A DNA stretch of 64,000 nucleotides from an uncultured Planctomycetaceae bacterium (GTDB lineage Bacteria; Planctomycetota; Planctomycetia; Isosphaerales; Isosphaeraceae): NCBI GenBank assembly GCA_963833985.1, contig CAWIAD010000001.1, positions 1,344,001-1,408,000 on the forward strand, written 5' to 3'. Positions 18,219-28,700 of the stretch are shown piece after piece (position 1 is the stretch's first letter; each line of letters begins with the position of its first letter). A program made the translations under genes and the position numbers. The notes under the pieces were generated by a model that ran no database searches, was not told where the DNA came from, and saw nothing but the letters and a program-made list of their open reading frames with translations.

Positions 18219-20306
18219 GTGGACCTCCTCCAGCAACTGGTGGATTCATCCGACTTCCCCCCACGCTGGCTCTCCGGCCGCTGGACCGTCGCTCACGTGG
18301 GGCTTGATGTTGTCTCGGACCTGGCCATCTGGGCGGCTTACCTGGTCAGCTCGTGCATCCTGGCCCGCTGCCTGGTGCGACGACGACCCACGCGGTTACG
18401 TGCGGGACCTGCGCTCTTCGCGGCATTCTTTCTCGTCTGCGGTACGATGCACCTGATGGGAGCGGTCTCCTTCTGGTGGCCTGCGTACCGGCTCGCGGGG
18501 CTGATCAAGCTGGTTGCCGCACTGATTTCCTGGGCCACCGTGGTTTACCTGATCGCCAGGCTGCCGCGGCTCCTGATGTGCTGTACTTGCGAGGAGCTCG
18601 AGGCGGAGCTCGCGGCAAGGCAACAGGCCGATGCGGCCCTCCGGCGGACCAACGCACTCCTGGAGCAGCGGATCGATGAGCGGGCGGGGGAAGCACTTCA
18701 TGCGGGTTGCCAGGTTCGTGCCGAGCGCCTGCTTCTCAAAACGACACTCGAAAGCATTGCCGATGCGGTCATCATCACGGACGGACGCGGACGCGTGGTC
18801 TCTGTCAATGGGATCGCGGAGGAGCTGACGGGTTGGTCCCAGGATGAGGCGCAGGGGCAGCCGCTGGAAGAAATCGTCTGCCTCCTGGACGAGCAGACGG
18901 GCCAGCCGATGCGCGGTCTGGCTCACAGGGTGCCGGGCGATGGCATCATGCTGCGGATGACGCTGCAAGTCTTGCTCAGGAGCAAGTCGGGAACACTCTG
19001 TCCCATCGACCTCAGTGTGGCACCCATCCGGGACGACGCGGCGAGCGCCTTGGGCGTGGTCCTGGTCCTGAGCGAGGTGAGTGAGCGGATGCGCCGGGAA
19101 GTGCAGTTGAAGGAGAAGGTCCGCGAGCTCGAGACGCTCATGAACGTCGTCCCCGTGGGCATCGTCATGAGCCACGACCCGAATTGCCGCACGATCACGG
19201 GGAACAGGGCGGTCTACGAACTGCTGCGGATGCCGCACGACGAGCCATTGTCATTCTTTCCCGCGGGCAATGAGCCTCCATTCCGGGTGCTCCGCAACGG
19301 CCGTGAGCTGCTGCCCCATGAGCTCACCATCCAGGTCGCGGCCGCGACGGGCATGGAAACCAGCAGCGAAGAGCAGGAGGTCGTCTTTCCGGATGGCACT
19401 GTGAAGCACGTGGCTTGCCACGCCGCGCCTCTTTTCGATGTTCTTGGCCGCGTACGAGGGAGTGTCGCGGCCCTGATGGACATCTCGGAGCGGAAGCGGG
19501 CCGAGGTCCGAAGCAAGGAGGCTGATCGCCGCAAGGACGAATTCCTGGCGATGCTTGCTCACGAGCTGCGTAATCCACTGGCCTCGATCAGCAATTGCGT
19601 ACAGTACCTGGAGATGGTTCGGTCGCCTTCCCCGGAGCACGAATGGAGCCGCGACATCATCGCCCGGCAGGTCCGGCAGCTCACGCGATTGATCGACGAC
19701 TTGCTGGACGTCGCGCGCATCACCCGCGGCAAGATCGCTCTGAAGAAGGAGCGCGTCGATGCCGCGGTGATCATCCGGCAGGCGACCGAGTCGGCCCGGC
19801 CGCTGGTGACGGAACGAAATCACCAGCTCCGGATCACCATCGAACCGCAGACGATGGTCGTCCTGGCCGACCCCGTCCGCCTCGAGCAGGTCCTGGTGAA
19901 CTTGCTCACGAACGCCGCGAAGTTCACGCCGTCCGGCGGCCACATCTGGCTGACAGCAACCAACGGCGGTCCTACGGTGGACATCTCGGTTCGCGATGAT
20001 GGCATCGGCATCGCACCCGAGACGCTGCCTCTGATGTTCGAGCCGTTCGTTCAGGGCGATCAGAGCTATTCCCGATCCGAGGGAGGGCTGGGAATCGGCC
20101 TGACCCTTGCCAGGTGCCTGGTCGAGATGCACGGCGGGTCGATCGACGCTCGGAGCGCAGGGACCGGCCATGGCAGCGAGTTCATCATCCACTTTCCCAT
20201 CGCGCCCAGACCGCAGCGCAGCAACGGGTCGCCGGCGAGATGCCGCAGCCAGCCCGCAGCCTCCTACCGTCTGCTGATCGAGGACGACGAGCCGGCCCGG
20301 AACTGA
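18219..20306 (+). CDS. Sensor histidine kinase with ethylene-receptor-like 3-TM domain, 2 PAS, HisKA/HATPase; receiver truncated
   Basis: SDLAIWAAY...FFLVCGTMHLM...WWPAYRLAGLIK; KDEFLAMLAHELRNPL; GGLGIGL; ends YRLLIEDD. Confidence 0.88.
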   Translation: MDLLQQLVDSSDFPPRWLSGRWTVAHVGLDVVSDLAIWAAYLVSSCILARCLVRRRPTRLRAGPALFAAFFLVCGTMHLMGAVSFWWPAYRLAGLIKLVAALISWATVVYLIARLPRLLMCCTCEELEAELAARQQADAALRRTNALLEQRIDERAGEALHAGCQVRAERLLLKTTLESIADAVIITDGRGRVVSVNGIAEELTGWSQDEAQGQPLEEIVCLLDEQTGQPMRGLAHRVPGDGIMLRMTLQVLLRSKSGTLCPIDLSVAPIRDDAASALGVVLVLSEVSERMRREVQLKEKVRELETLMNVVPVGIVMSHDPNCRTITGNRAVYELLRMPHDEPLSFFPAGNEPPFRVLRNGRELLPHELTIQVAAATGMETSSEEQEVVFPDGTVKHVACHAAPLFDVLGRVRGSVAALMDISERKRAEVRSKEADRRKDEFLAMLAHELRNPLASISNCVQYLEMVRSPSPEHEWSRDIIARQVRQLTRLIDDLLDVARITRGKIALKKERVDAAVIIRQATESARPLVTERNHQLRITIEPQTMVVLADPVRLEQVLVNLLTNAAKFTPSGGHIWLTATNGGPTVDISVRDDGIGIAPETLPLMFEPFVQGDQSYSRSEGGLGIGLTLARCLVEMHGGSIDARSAGTGHGSEFIIHFPIAPRPQRSNGSPARCRSQPAASYRLLIEDDEPARN

Positions 20307-20570
20307 GCACGTGCGGCTGTCCAGCAACGATTCGCCCGCCTGGATGAGAACACGGAGCAGACGTGTGCTGCGGCTGCCCCCGGACTCGACTTCGAGCCGG
20401 CACGGCTTCCAGCGCGCCGACGTCGGCGTATGCGGTCCCGGCCGGCTGCTTGCTGCCACGGGCGCAGTGGAGGGGGCGGGACGCCAATTGAACTCTTTAT
20501 CGCTGGTGTCATGGGCTCAGACGTCGAATTACGGCGCTTTCTCGACACTTCGGCGGATGGGAAATGACCG

Positions 20571-20667
20571 TACGAACGCCCCCGCTCACCTGCCGCAGCG
20601 ACTGGCGAGAAGTTGAACCTCGAAGAACCGTGATACCGCCGCGGACAGTTGCAACGGCTGGTTCGGC
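20571..20667 (-). mobile_element. Integron attC-like recombination site
   Basis: Minus strand GCCGAAC-cagccgttgcaactgtccgcggcg...cgctgcggcaggtgagcgggggc-GTTCGTA; 97-bp imperfect palindrome 49 nt after the hydrolase stop. Confidence 0.7.
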
Positions 20668-20715
20668 CTGTCTGCCAGGAGCCGCAGCAGCAACGCCCTG
20701 GCTTTCGGTTTTGCT

Positions 20716-21561
20716 TTACGGCTTTGCATCGAAAAAGTCGTTCACCATCGGGACGATGACGGCCGTGCGCGCCATCAGCGTGACGTGCGTTGTGTCGGGC
20801 AATATGGCGAGCCGGGACCGAGATCGCGGCTGCATGTCGCCGTGAATCTCGCCGCCCTTCAGGCGGAACATCTCCGCGACGTGCTCGAGCCGCACGCCGT
20901 CGGCGTCGCCGTGAATAAAGAACATCGGCGCCGTAGTGGCCTTGAGCTTGTCGGCGCCGAAGTCATGCCCTTTCGATGCCGTGGCGAGAACCCGCTTGAT
21001 GAACTTCGGAAACTCGTCCGGCGTCGGGCTCAGCCTCTTGTACTCCGCTTCGATGGGCGAGCCTTTGAAGGCGTCCGCCGTGAGTTTCGGGATCGCGTCG
21101 AGCGCTTCCTTGACCATGCCGTCACGGCGGAATGTGGACGAAATGACGACCACCTTTCTCACTTTGTCCGGATGGCGGATCGCACACTGCATCGCGACGC
21201 CGCCACCCATGCTGTATCCGATGAGGTCCGCGCTTGGGATCTTGAGGTAATCGAGCAGCGCAGCAACATCGTCGGCGAGGTGTTCGGAACTGAATTCGCG
21301 ATCGATGTCGGCGGTGCGCCCGTGCCCCTGCATTTCGATGGCAATCACTTTCCGCGTCTTCGAGAGCTCGCCGATCCAGCCGGTCCAGTTGTTGGTGATG
21401 GTCATGAACGCGCCGTGGAGCAGCACCACTGGTTCGCCGCTGCCGTGGACTTCGTAGTACATTTTGACTCCGTTGACTGGCGCGTAGCCCGTCGTTGGCT
21501 TCTGCTGCGCCGATACGACAGCCGGCACGAGCATCGTCAGGAGAAAAGCTGTTGTTTTCAT
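20716..21561 (-). CDS. Secreted alpha/beta hydrolase
   Basis: Signal peptide; VLLHGA, QGHGRT, GYSMGG nucleophile elbow, HGDAD, TTH. Confidence 0.92.
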   Translation of the reverse strand: MKTTAFLLTMLVPAVVSAQQKPTTGYAPVNGVKMYYEVHGSGEPVVLLHGAFMTITNNWTGWIGELSKTRKVIAIEMQGHGRTADIDREFSSEHLADDVAALLDYLKIPSADLIGYSMGGGVAMQCAIRHPDKVRKVVVISSTFRRDGMVKEALDAIPKLTADAFKGSPIEAEYKRLSPTPDEFPKFIKRVLATASKGHDFGADKLKATTAPMFFIHGDADGVRLEHVAEMFRLKGGEIHGDMQPRSRSRLAILPDTTHVTLMARTAVIVPMVNDFFDAKP

Positions 21562-21655
21562 GCTTCCGATCTCCAGATTCCGGTTAGGACGAAAGGCTGA
21601 ATCCTTGCGAATCCAGCGACAATAGGGTCAACGGCGCAGAACGCCAATCACGTTT

Positions 21656-22147
21656 TCACGCCTCAGCCAGCAGTCCGTCGAGCAGCTTGTAGCTCATCTC
21701 CATGCCGTCTGTCATGCCGGTTGCGAACGCCGCATCGCGGTCGGCCTTCGAGGCGTATCTGATCGTGGTCGTCATGTTTGTGATGCCGTTGGTCTCCTGG
21801 AAGGTGACGGTGATGATCGACGGCTCGCTCCCCATGGAAAAGCCAAGGTCTCCGGCATCGTAGATTTGCGTATGCACGATTTTCGCGTGCGGAGTGACCT
21901 CCAGGACCTCTCCAGTGAATCCGAACTCCTGGCCGTTCTCGTCGCTGCGCCAGCGCCAGCGATACTTTCCGCCGACGCGCATATCCATCTCGCAGACAGG
22001 CATCGACCAACCTGGGAGGCCCGAGCACCAACGACGCATCAGGTCCGGTTCCATGTAGGCGCGCCACACCAGTTTGACGGGTGCATCGAAGCTGCGCTTC
22101 ACCAACACTTCTGTATCTGACGGCAGACTTGCTTCCGCGGGTTTCAT
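21656..22147 (-). CDS. SRPBCC/AHSA1 family protein
   Basis: RSFDAPVKLVWRAY, CEMDMRVGGKYRW, ATGMTDGMEMSY. Confidence 0.92.
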   Translation of the reverse strand: MKPAEASLPSDTEVLVKRSFDAPVKLVWRAYMEPDLMRRWCSGLPGWSMPVCEMDMRVGGKYRWRWRSDENGQEFGFTGEVLEVTPHAKIVHTQIYDAGDLGFSMGSEPSIITVTFQETNGITNMTTTIRYASKADRDAAFATGMTDGMEMSYKLLDGLLAEA

Positions 22148-22485
22148 TTCTTTGGCTCCTGTTTCTCGGCTTGCTTCAACTCAGTAAGTAACGCATCGAG
22201 CCGCTTGTAGTTGCCTTCCCAGATCTCCTGCACCTGTTCCAGCCAGTCGGTGACCGACTTCAGTCGCTCCGGCACCAGCTTGCAGGGCCGCAACTGCGCC
22301 ACTTTGCGACGCGAAATCAGCCCCGCAGATTCCAGCACCTTCAAGTGCGAGGAGATCGTGGGCTGTGTCAGCGAGAAGTGGCCCACCAATTCGGACACCG
22401 ATGCCTCACCGCGGGCCAGATGCACGACGATTCCGCGTCGGGTGGGATCAGCAAGAGCAGCAAAGGCTTGGTCCAGCTGGTTCAT
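22144..22485 (-). CDS. ArsR/SmtB family regulator
   Basis: FAALADPTRR, QPTISSHLKVLESAGLISR, RPC; ATGA overlap with the SRPBCC gene. Confidence 0.93.
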   Translation of the reverse strand: MNQLDQAFAALADPTRRGIVVHLARGEASVSELVGHFSLTQPTISSHLKVLESAGLISRRKVAQLRPCKLVPERLKSVTDWLEQVQEIWEGNYKRLDALLTELKQAEKQEPKK

Positions 22486-22491
22486 TTAAAT

Positions 22492-22524
22492 AGATTACCG
22501 TCTATATTGATGGCTGTCAATATA
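22492..22524 (-). promoter_or_regulatory. Sigma70 promoter (leaderless mRNA) overlapped by a palindromic operator
   Basis: TTGACA (22520-22515), N17, TAATCT (22497-22492), 6 nt, ATG; palindrome TATATTGA-N6-TCAATATA at 22503-22524. Confidence 0.7.
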
Positions 22525-22561
22525 ACGGTGACTATTTTTCGTAACTGCTGAGAAGCGACCG

Positions 22562-22717
22562 CTGAGGCATTCCTTCGCCACGCACTTGCTGGAAAATGGC
22601 TATGACATACGCACTGTGCAGGAGTTGCTCGGCCACAAGAATGTCGAGACGACCATGATTGACACGCACGTGATGAGCAAGCCGGGCCTGGGCGTGCGCA
22701 GCCCTCTCGAAAGATGA
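22562..22717 (+). pseudogene. intI: Integron integrase C-terminal fragment, catalytic Tyr replaced
   Basis: [51 protein letters not shown]; IntI-type tail, TMIYTH reads TMIDTH; no N-terminus. Confidence 0.85.
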
Positions 22718-22752
22718 ATGCAACTGAGCGGCTTATGGACTGAACGTCGAAA

Positions 22753-22772
22753 CGGAGGACGGGATTCGAACC
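22753..22772 (-). repeat. Degenerate copy of a tRNA 3' end (att-like scar)
   Basis: CGGAGG-ac-GGGATTCGAACC vs tRNA-Ser end CGGAGG-gggt-GGGATTCGAACC. Confidence 0.5.
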
Positions 22773-22907
22773 GCAGATAGTCTGAGAGCGAAAGCAACTG
22801 GGTCAACTCATGCGGAATAGTCGAGCATCCCGCCGTGAGCATTGAACGCGATTCAGACGTAGAAAGCCCTTCGACGTGCTCGTCCAAGGGAGGTTTCTAA
22901 AAACAAG

Positions 22908-22995
22908 CGGAGGGGGTGGGATTCGAACCCACGGACAGGCGGAACCTGTCAACGGTTTTCAAGACCGTCCCGATCAACCACTCTGGCACCCCTCC
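22908..22995 (-). tRNA. tRNA-Ser(TGA)
   Basis: GGAGGGG acceptor, ACGGT-CT-TGA-AA-ACCGT, long variable arm, GGTTCGAATCC, discriminator G. Confidence 0.97.
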
Positions 22996-23079
22996 GGATT
23001 GCACTTGCAGGCAAGAGGACGCGAGCTGCGGAATGGGAGCAGGTCGTCGCGCAGATCCGCCGGACGCTGGGCGGTCCGT

Positions 23080-23475
23080 TCACGTGCCAACCTCGTCAAT
23101 GATATCCTCGGCCACGTAGATCGGCACATCCACGGTCACGGCCAGGGCGATGGCGTCACTGGGCCGGGAGTCGACCTCGATCAGCTCGCCGTCGTGGCGG
23201 ATCCGCAGCTTGGCAAAGTAGGTATGCTCGCGCAGCTCGTTGATGTAAATGTCCTGAAGCTCGCCGCCCAGCAGCTCCACGGTATTCGCCAGCAGGTCAT
23301 GCGTGAGCGGGCGCTGGGTCGGTTGGTTCTTGACTCGCCGGTCGATGCTCGACGCCTCGAAGATGCCGATCACGATCGGGAACATTCGATCGCCTTCCAC
23401 TTCCCGCAGGAAGATGATGTGCTGATCGCTGTTCTCATTGATGATGATCCGCGTGAGCTCCATCTGGACCGGCAC
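23080..23475 (-). CDS. Bifunctional nuclease family (DUF151/BFN)
   Basis: FPIVIGIFEA, RPLTHDL, VDSRPSDAIALA. Confidence 0.93.
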   Translation of the reverse strand: MPVQMELTRIIINENSDQHIIFLREVEGDRMFPIVIGIFEASSIDRRVKNQPTQRPLTHDLLANTVELLGGELQDIYINELREHTYFAKLRIRHDGELIEVDSRPSDAIALAVTVDVPIYVAEDIIDEVGT

Positions 23476-23536
23476 GGCGTGATACCTCGCTGATCAGGCG
23501 CGCGACCATCGGTCGCCTCCGGAACGTAACACCACG

Positions 23537-23565
23537 ATCATAAAGGGGCTGCGCCGCGCCGTCAA
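23537..23565 (-). promoter_or_regulatory. Sigma70 promoter of the BFN gene
   Basis: TTGACG-N17-TATGAT on the minus strand. Confidence 0.6.
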
Positions 23566-24023
23566 CGCGAGGAAGAGGGCCGGGCTGGCGCGACCTCGCG
23601 GCCCGCCATGTGGACGCCTCCGCACACCGGGAGGTTCGCACCGATCCGGAGCGGCCTCGGCTTCAATGGGGAACTCCGCGGCCCGATCCCGGAATCGTCA
23701 CGGGCCTCTGGCCGCAGCGCCGGAGTGGCGGGCGAGTCCCGAGCCGGCAGGTCCGGTGCCGCGCTGCTGGACCCGGGCGACAAGGCATTCTGGCGGCAGA
23801 CCTTTTGCTACGATGCGCAGAACCGCCAGGTCCGTCCACTCGGCAGAGCGAGATTCTTTTGCCGCGTGCGACTGCGGACGCTACGCTTTCGCCGTCTCGT
23901 GCCCGACATGGTGAGCCGGGTGGCATTGCAAGCCAGGGAAGCCCGGACATGTCCGGGGACAGGCCCGGTTCACGTCGTGTGCGCGTCGTCGGCGCCCACT
24001 CTCCTGTGTCCTGGAGGCCTGAA

Positions 24024-24344
24024 ATGCAAGCGACCGTTGTGATGCTGATCGCCCTCAGCGGGCTGGGCTGCCACCACAAGTGCTGCGAGGCGAACCAGGT
24101 TGTGCCGCAAGTTTGCCCTGCGGTCTGCACCCAGAGACTGTTCGCCGTCGATTACATGACTATGGTCGAGCCCTCTTGCTACAGCCCCTGCATCGGTCCC
24201 TACTGCGGGGGTGCCAACTGCTGCGGCGGGACGGGCATGACCCGGGACGGCTACGGACCCGCGAGCGGCGGTTACGTGGGCTGCTATGCCGGTGGCGCGA
24301 TCGGCTGCGGATGCACGCGCTTTCCGCCGCACGGCAGTCCGTGA
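24024..24344 (+). CDS. Small exported Cys/Gly-rich protein (106 aa, 13 Cys)
   Basis: GGAGG SD; MQATVVMLIALSGLGC signal/lipobox-like start; CC, CxxxC and CGC motifs. Confidence 0.7.
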   Translation: MQATVVMLIALSGLGCHHKCCEANQVVPQVCPAVCTQRLFAVDYMTMVEPSCYSPCIGPYCGGANCCGGTGMTRDGYGPASGGYVGCYAGGAIGCGCTRFPPHGSP

Positions 24345-25082
24345 TGCGGGTGATGTGGCCGCTCGCGCCGCCCGCTCGCGCCGCGCGACGGCAAGGGGCG
24401 GTCGGTGAACTAAACAGCTCCCCGTAAAAGGGAAAGTGTGGGACGGCGGCCCTCGGCCGTCCCGAGCCAGCCGAGGGCGGCTGGCCCACATTCCAGGAGG
24501 CGAGGTTCTATCTAGGTTCCGGTCGCGGCGGGGCGATTCCGCGGCGTGCCCGTGCGCGGTGGCTCAAGGGCCGGTCGAGGCGGGGTCGCAATGGGTCCGG
24601 CCGCAAGCGAAGCCATCGGCCGCGTCTGGAAAGCACTCCCCCCGGTCCCGATGCATTGCTCGATGAGTACACGTGCGATCGATGGCGCCTGGTCTTTTCG
24701 GCAAATCACGTACTTGTGCTTTGCTGGCTGACTCATTATTCTGAAACGGAACTATGAAGTTCCCTGCCGGTGAGGGGCTCCTTGCCGGTTATACCGGATT
24801 GGGGCACCCGGTGATCCACTGAGCGGAACGCTATATCGGATTCGTGAACACCATTTGACAGACAGCCGATAGTTTCGACGTACGGTCCGACTCCGCGGCC
24901 ACCGCCGGTACGCCTCTTCAGCGATGTCGCCGTGATGCACGCCTCGCTGTTTCGAGGCTGACGAAGAGGGTCAAAACTCGACCGGGCTGCTCGTGGCGCG
25001 GTCGCTCCGTCAAAACTCAGAGCAGTTGCAACACTGCCTGCTCATCCTCAGGACGATCTGATCAGGGCGCCTCCCCGGAGCC

Positions 25083-25751
25083 GTGGAGAACCTGGCTGTG
25101 CCCCTACTGTTCACCGAGCGTTTTGACTACTGGACGCGCCGCACGATCATCGGCGCCTTGGCCGCGGCCCTGCTGGCTCTGGTGGCTCTGTACTACTACG
25201 CACCCCAGCAATACACCCGTGTGGGTTACGCCCCGGTGCAGCCTGTGCCGTTCTCGCACGCGCAGCATGCCGGGCAACTGGGCCTGTCGTGTCTGTACTG
25301 CCACACCGGCGTGGAAGAGTCTTCCGTGGCCAAGATCCCCGCCACACAGGTCTGCATGAACTGCCACCAGACGATCAAGGCCGAGAGCCCCAAGCTGGCG
25401 CTCGTGCGGTCGAGCTTTGCAACCGGCAACCCCGTGCCCTGGGTGCGCGTGCACAAGACTCCGGATTATGTCTTCTTCAACCACGCCGCTCACGTGAAGC
25501 GCGGGGTGGGTTGCGTGAGCTGCCATGGCAAGATCAACGAGATGGCAGTCGTGGTTCACGACCAGCCTCTGAGCATGGGCTGGTGTCTGGACTGTCATCG
25601 CCAGCCGGAGAACCATCTGCGGCCCGTGTCCGAGGCCACGAACCTGGCCTGGCGGCCCGACGAGGGTAAGAGCCAGCAGGATCTCGGCCTCTTCTTGAAG
25701 GCTCAGTACAGGGTGCAAGCCCCTGACCAGTGTGTAGGGTGCCACCGATGA
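25083..25751 (+). CDS. actA: Alternative complex III pentaheme cytochrome c
   Basis: TM anchor, QPVPFSHAQH, five CxxCH (CLYCH, CMNCH, CVSCH, CLDCH, CVGCH). Confidence 0.93.
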   Translation: MENLAVPLLFTERFDYWTRRTIIGALAAALLALVALYYYAPQQYTRVGYAPVQPVPFSHAQHAGQLGLSCLYCHTGVEESSVAKIPATQVCMNCHQTIKAESPKLALVRSSFATGNPVPWVRVHKTPDYVFFNHAAHVKRGVGCVSCHGKINEMAVVVHDQPLSMGWCLDCHRQPENHLRPVSEATNLAWRPDEGKSQQDLGLFLKAQYRVQAPDQCVGCHR

Positions 25752-28700
25752 CAGAGACAGAGCCGTCCAGCTCGAACCTGGAACCGCTGGCGATCCCCAC
25801 GGGGAAGGCCTACTGGCGCAGCCTGGATCACCTGGCGGACACGCCCCAGTTCCGAGACTGGATCGAGCGGCGGTTTCCCGAGTCGATGAGCGAGCTGCTC
25901 GCCGGCGGAGTGGACCGGCGCCGGTTCCTGCAACTGATGGCGGCCTCGATTGGTCTGGCCGGGCTGGCAGGCTGCCGCCGGCCCGAGATGAAGGCGCTGC
26001 CCTACGCGAAGTCTCCCGAGGAGGTGGTGCCCGGGCTGCCGAATTTCTACGCCACGGCCATGCCCCGGCGCGGTGGGGCGCTGCCCATCCTGGTCGAGAG
26101 CCACGAGGGACGGCCCACCAAGATCGAGGGAAACCCCAGGCATCCCGACAGCGGGGGATCTTCGGATGTGCTGGCGCAGGCCTGGGTCCTGGAGCTCTAC
26201 GATCCGGACCGCGCGGGCCCGGTGCGGCACTTGGGTGAGCCGTCCACCTGGAAGGATTACGACGTCTTCGCCGCGCAGCACTACGCTTCCCTCCGGCAGC
26301 GCAAGGGCAAGGGACTGCGGATCCTCAGTGAGGGACTGAACTCTCCCTCGCTGGACCTGCTTCGAGAGCACCTGCGATCCACCCTGCCAGAGGCAGGATG
26401 GCACGTGTTCGAGCCGGTCTCGACGTCGAACGCACTTGACGGCGCAGCGCTCGCATGCGGATCGCCGGTCCTCCCGCGGTTCCACTTCGACCGGGCCGAG
26501 GTGATCGTCTCTCTGGACTCGGATTTCCTGGGACTCGAGGAGGACGGCACGCGGCACCACCGAGGTTTCTCGCGCGGGCGGCTCGGCGAGGGGCAGGTGC
26601 CGGCGATGAACCGGCTGTACGTGGTGGAGAGCCAGTTCTCGATCACAGGCGGCATGGCCGACCACCGCCTCCGGCTCCCTTCCAGCCATGTACTGGATTA
26701 CACGCTGGCCCTGGCCCGGGCCGTCGCCACGAGCGACCCGGTCGTGCCCGCGCCGGGGAGCCCCCAGGCGCGCCTGCGCACCGCTCTGGAGCAGCGCAGG
26801 CCTTCGGTGCGGCTGGACGAGCGTTGGGTGCGCGAGGTGGCCGCGGACCTGAGGTCACGCCCCGGGAAGACGATCATCGTCGCGGGCCGGCGGCAGCCGC
26901 CTCTCGTGCACGCGCTCGCCCTGGCGCTCAACGACATGCTCGGAAGCCTGGGCAAGACGGTCGAGCTGCACAAGGCCCCGGGCCGTCCCGCCGCCGGGAC
27001 CATCCACGAGCTGGCCGGGGCCATCGATCAGGGCCAGGTGGAAACACTGGTGATACTGGGAGGCAACCCGGCCTACAACGCGCCGGCGGACCTTGCCCTG
27101 GCCGAGCGTCTCAAGCAGGTTCCCACCACCATTCGCCTCGGTCTGCACGCCGATGAGACCTCGCGGCTGGCCACGTGGCATCTCCCCCTGGCGCACGGCC
27201 TGGAGGCGTGGGGTGACGCCCGCGCCGGAAACGGCGCAGTGCTGCCGGTGCAGCCGCTCATCGAGCCGCTCTTCGAGGGGCGCAACATGCTCGAGGAGCT
27301 GGCGCGGCTGACGCAGTACGAGACCAGCTCCCCATACGAGATCGTCCGCCGCGCGTTCCGCAAGGTCAGTGGTACGAAGGACGCCGAGTTCGAGGCCGCG
27401 TGGCGCAGGTGCCTGCACGAGGGAACCAGCACCGCCGGCGCGGAGGCCTCCGTGCGACCCGCCGTCGCGTGGGACTCGGTGGCGCGGGCGGTCGGCGCCG
27501 CCGGACCGGGCACGGGACCGCTCTCGGCGTCGAACCTGGAGCTGGTGCTGGAACGCGACACCAAGGTGGACGACGGGCGGTTCGCCAACAACGGCTGGCT
27601 TCAGGAGCTGCCCCATCCCGTCACGAAGCTCTCCTGGGGAAACGCGGCGCTCTTCAGCCCGCGCACGGCGGAGGAGCTGGGCATCGTGGACGGCGACGTC
27701 GTTCGCCTGGAGCTCGACGGCCGGAGCCTCGAGACCGCGGCCATGATCTTGCCCGGACAGGCGGACCACTCCGTGGGGCTGGCGCTCGGCTACGGGCGTT
27801 CCGGCGCAGGCCATATCGGCCGGGATGTGGGCTCCAACGCGTACGCGCTGCGATCGTCAGGCGCGCCGGATCTCGCGCGGGGACTGAAGGTTTCCGGAAC
27901 CGGCAAGAAAGCCTCGCTGGCATGCAGCCAGGACCACTTCACGATGGAAGGGCGAGACCTGATCCGGGAGCTCACACTGGCCGATCTGATCGGCCCGCAC
28001 GAGACCGGCCACGCTCATGAGCCGGAGCTCCATGACATTCAGACCGTGCCGGTGTCCGCCGGCGAGCATCAGTGGGGGATGGCCATCGATCTGAATACCT
28101 GTACGGGCTGTAATGCCTGTGTGCTCGCCTGCCAGAGCGAGAACAACATTCCGATTGTGGGTCGGGACGAGATCCTCCGGGGGCGTGAGATGCACTGGAT
28201 CCGCATCGACCGCTACTTTGCCGGTGATCTGGAAGAGCCCGAGCTCGTGCATCAGCCGGTCGCCTGCATGCAGTGCGAGAAAGCCCCCTGTGAGGTGGTC
28301 TGCCCGATCAACGCCACGGTGCACGGCGAGGAAGGTCTCAACCTCATGGTTTATAGCCGGTGCATCGGCACCCGCTACTGCGCGAACAACTGCCCGTACA
28401 AGGTGCACCGGTTCAATTACTTCGACTACAACCAGCGGCCGCTGGACCAGTTGTGGTACGGGCCGCTGGCCGAGAAGGGGATGCCCGAGACCCTGAAGAT
28501 GCAGAAGAACCCCGACGTCTCGGTGCGGATGCGGGGTGTGATGGAGAAGTGCACTTACTGCGTGCAGCGGATCGAGCGGGCCCGGATCGGGGTCCATGTG
28601 GCCGCGGGGGGTGCGCCGCCGGGCAAGATCCCGGACGGGACCGTGGTGCCGGCCTGCGCCCAGGCGTGCCCGGCCCAGGCGATCGTCTTCGGCGACATCT

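Noticed and set aside
21625..21660. Possible half attC (GTGATTGGCGTTCTGC, minus strand) between the SRPBCC and hydrolase genes
   Set aside because: No matching left half or palindrome found
24855..24930. Hammerhead-like core on the minus strand: CTGAAGA, 7-bp stem GGCGTAC/GTACGTC, GAAAC
   Set aside because: Stems I and III give only about 2 bp around any GUH site; probably chance within a structured GC-rich leader (cmscan would settle it)
25012..25090. Moco-riboswitch-like words (ACTCAGAGC, CAGGGC, GCCTCCC, GGAG) before actA
   Set aside because: The GAAA-capped hairpin expected between AGGG and GCCTCCC is absent, and ActB is not known to bind Moco
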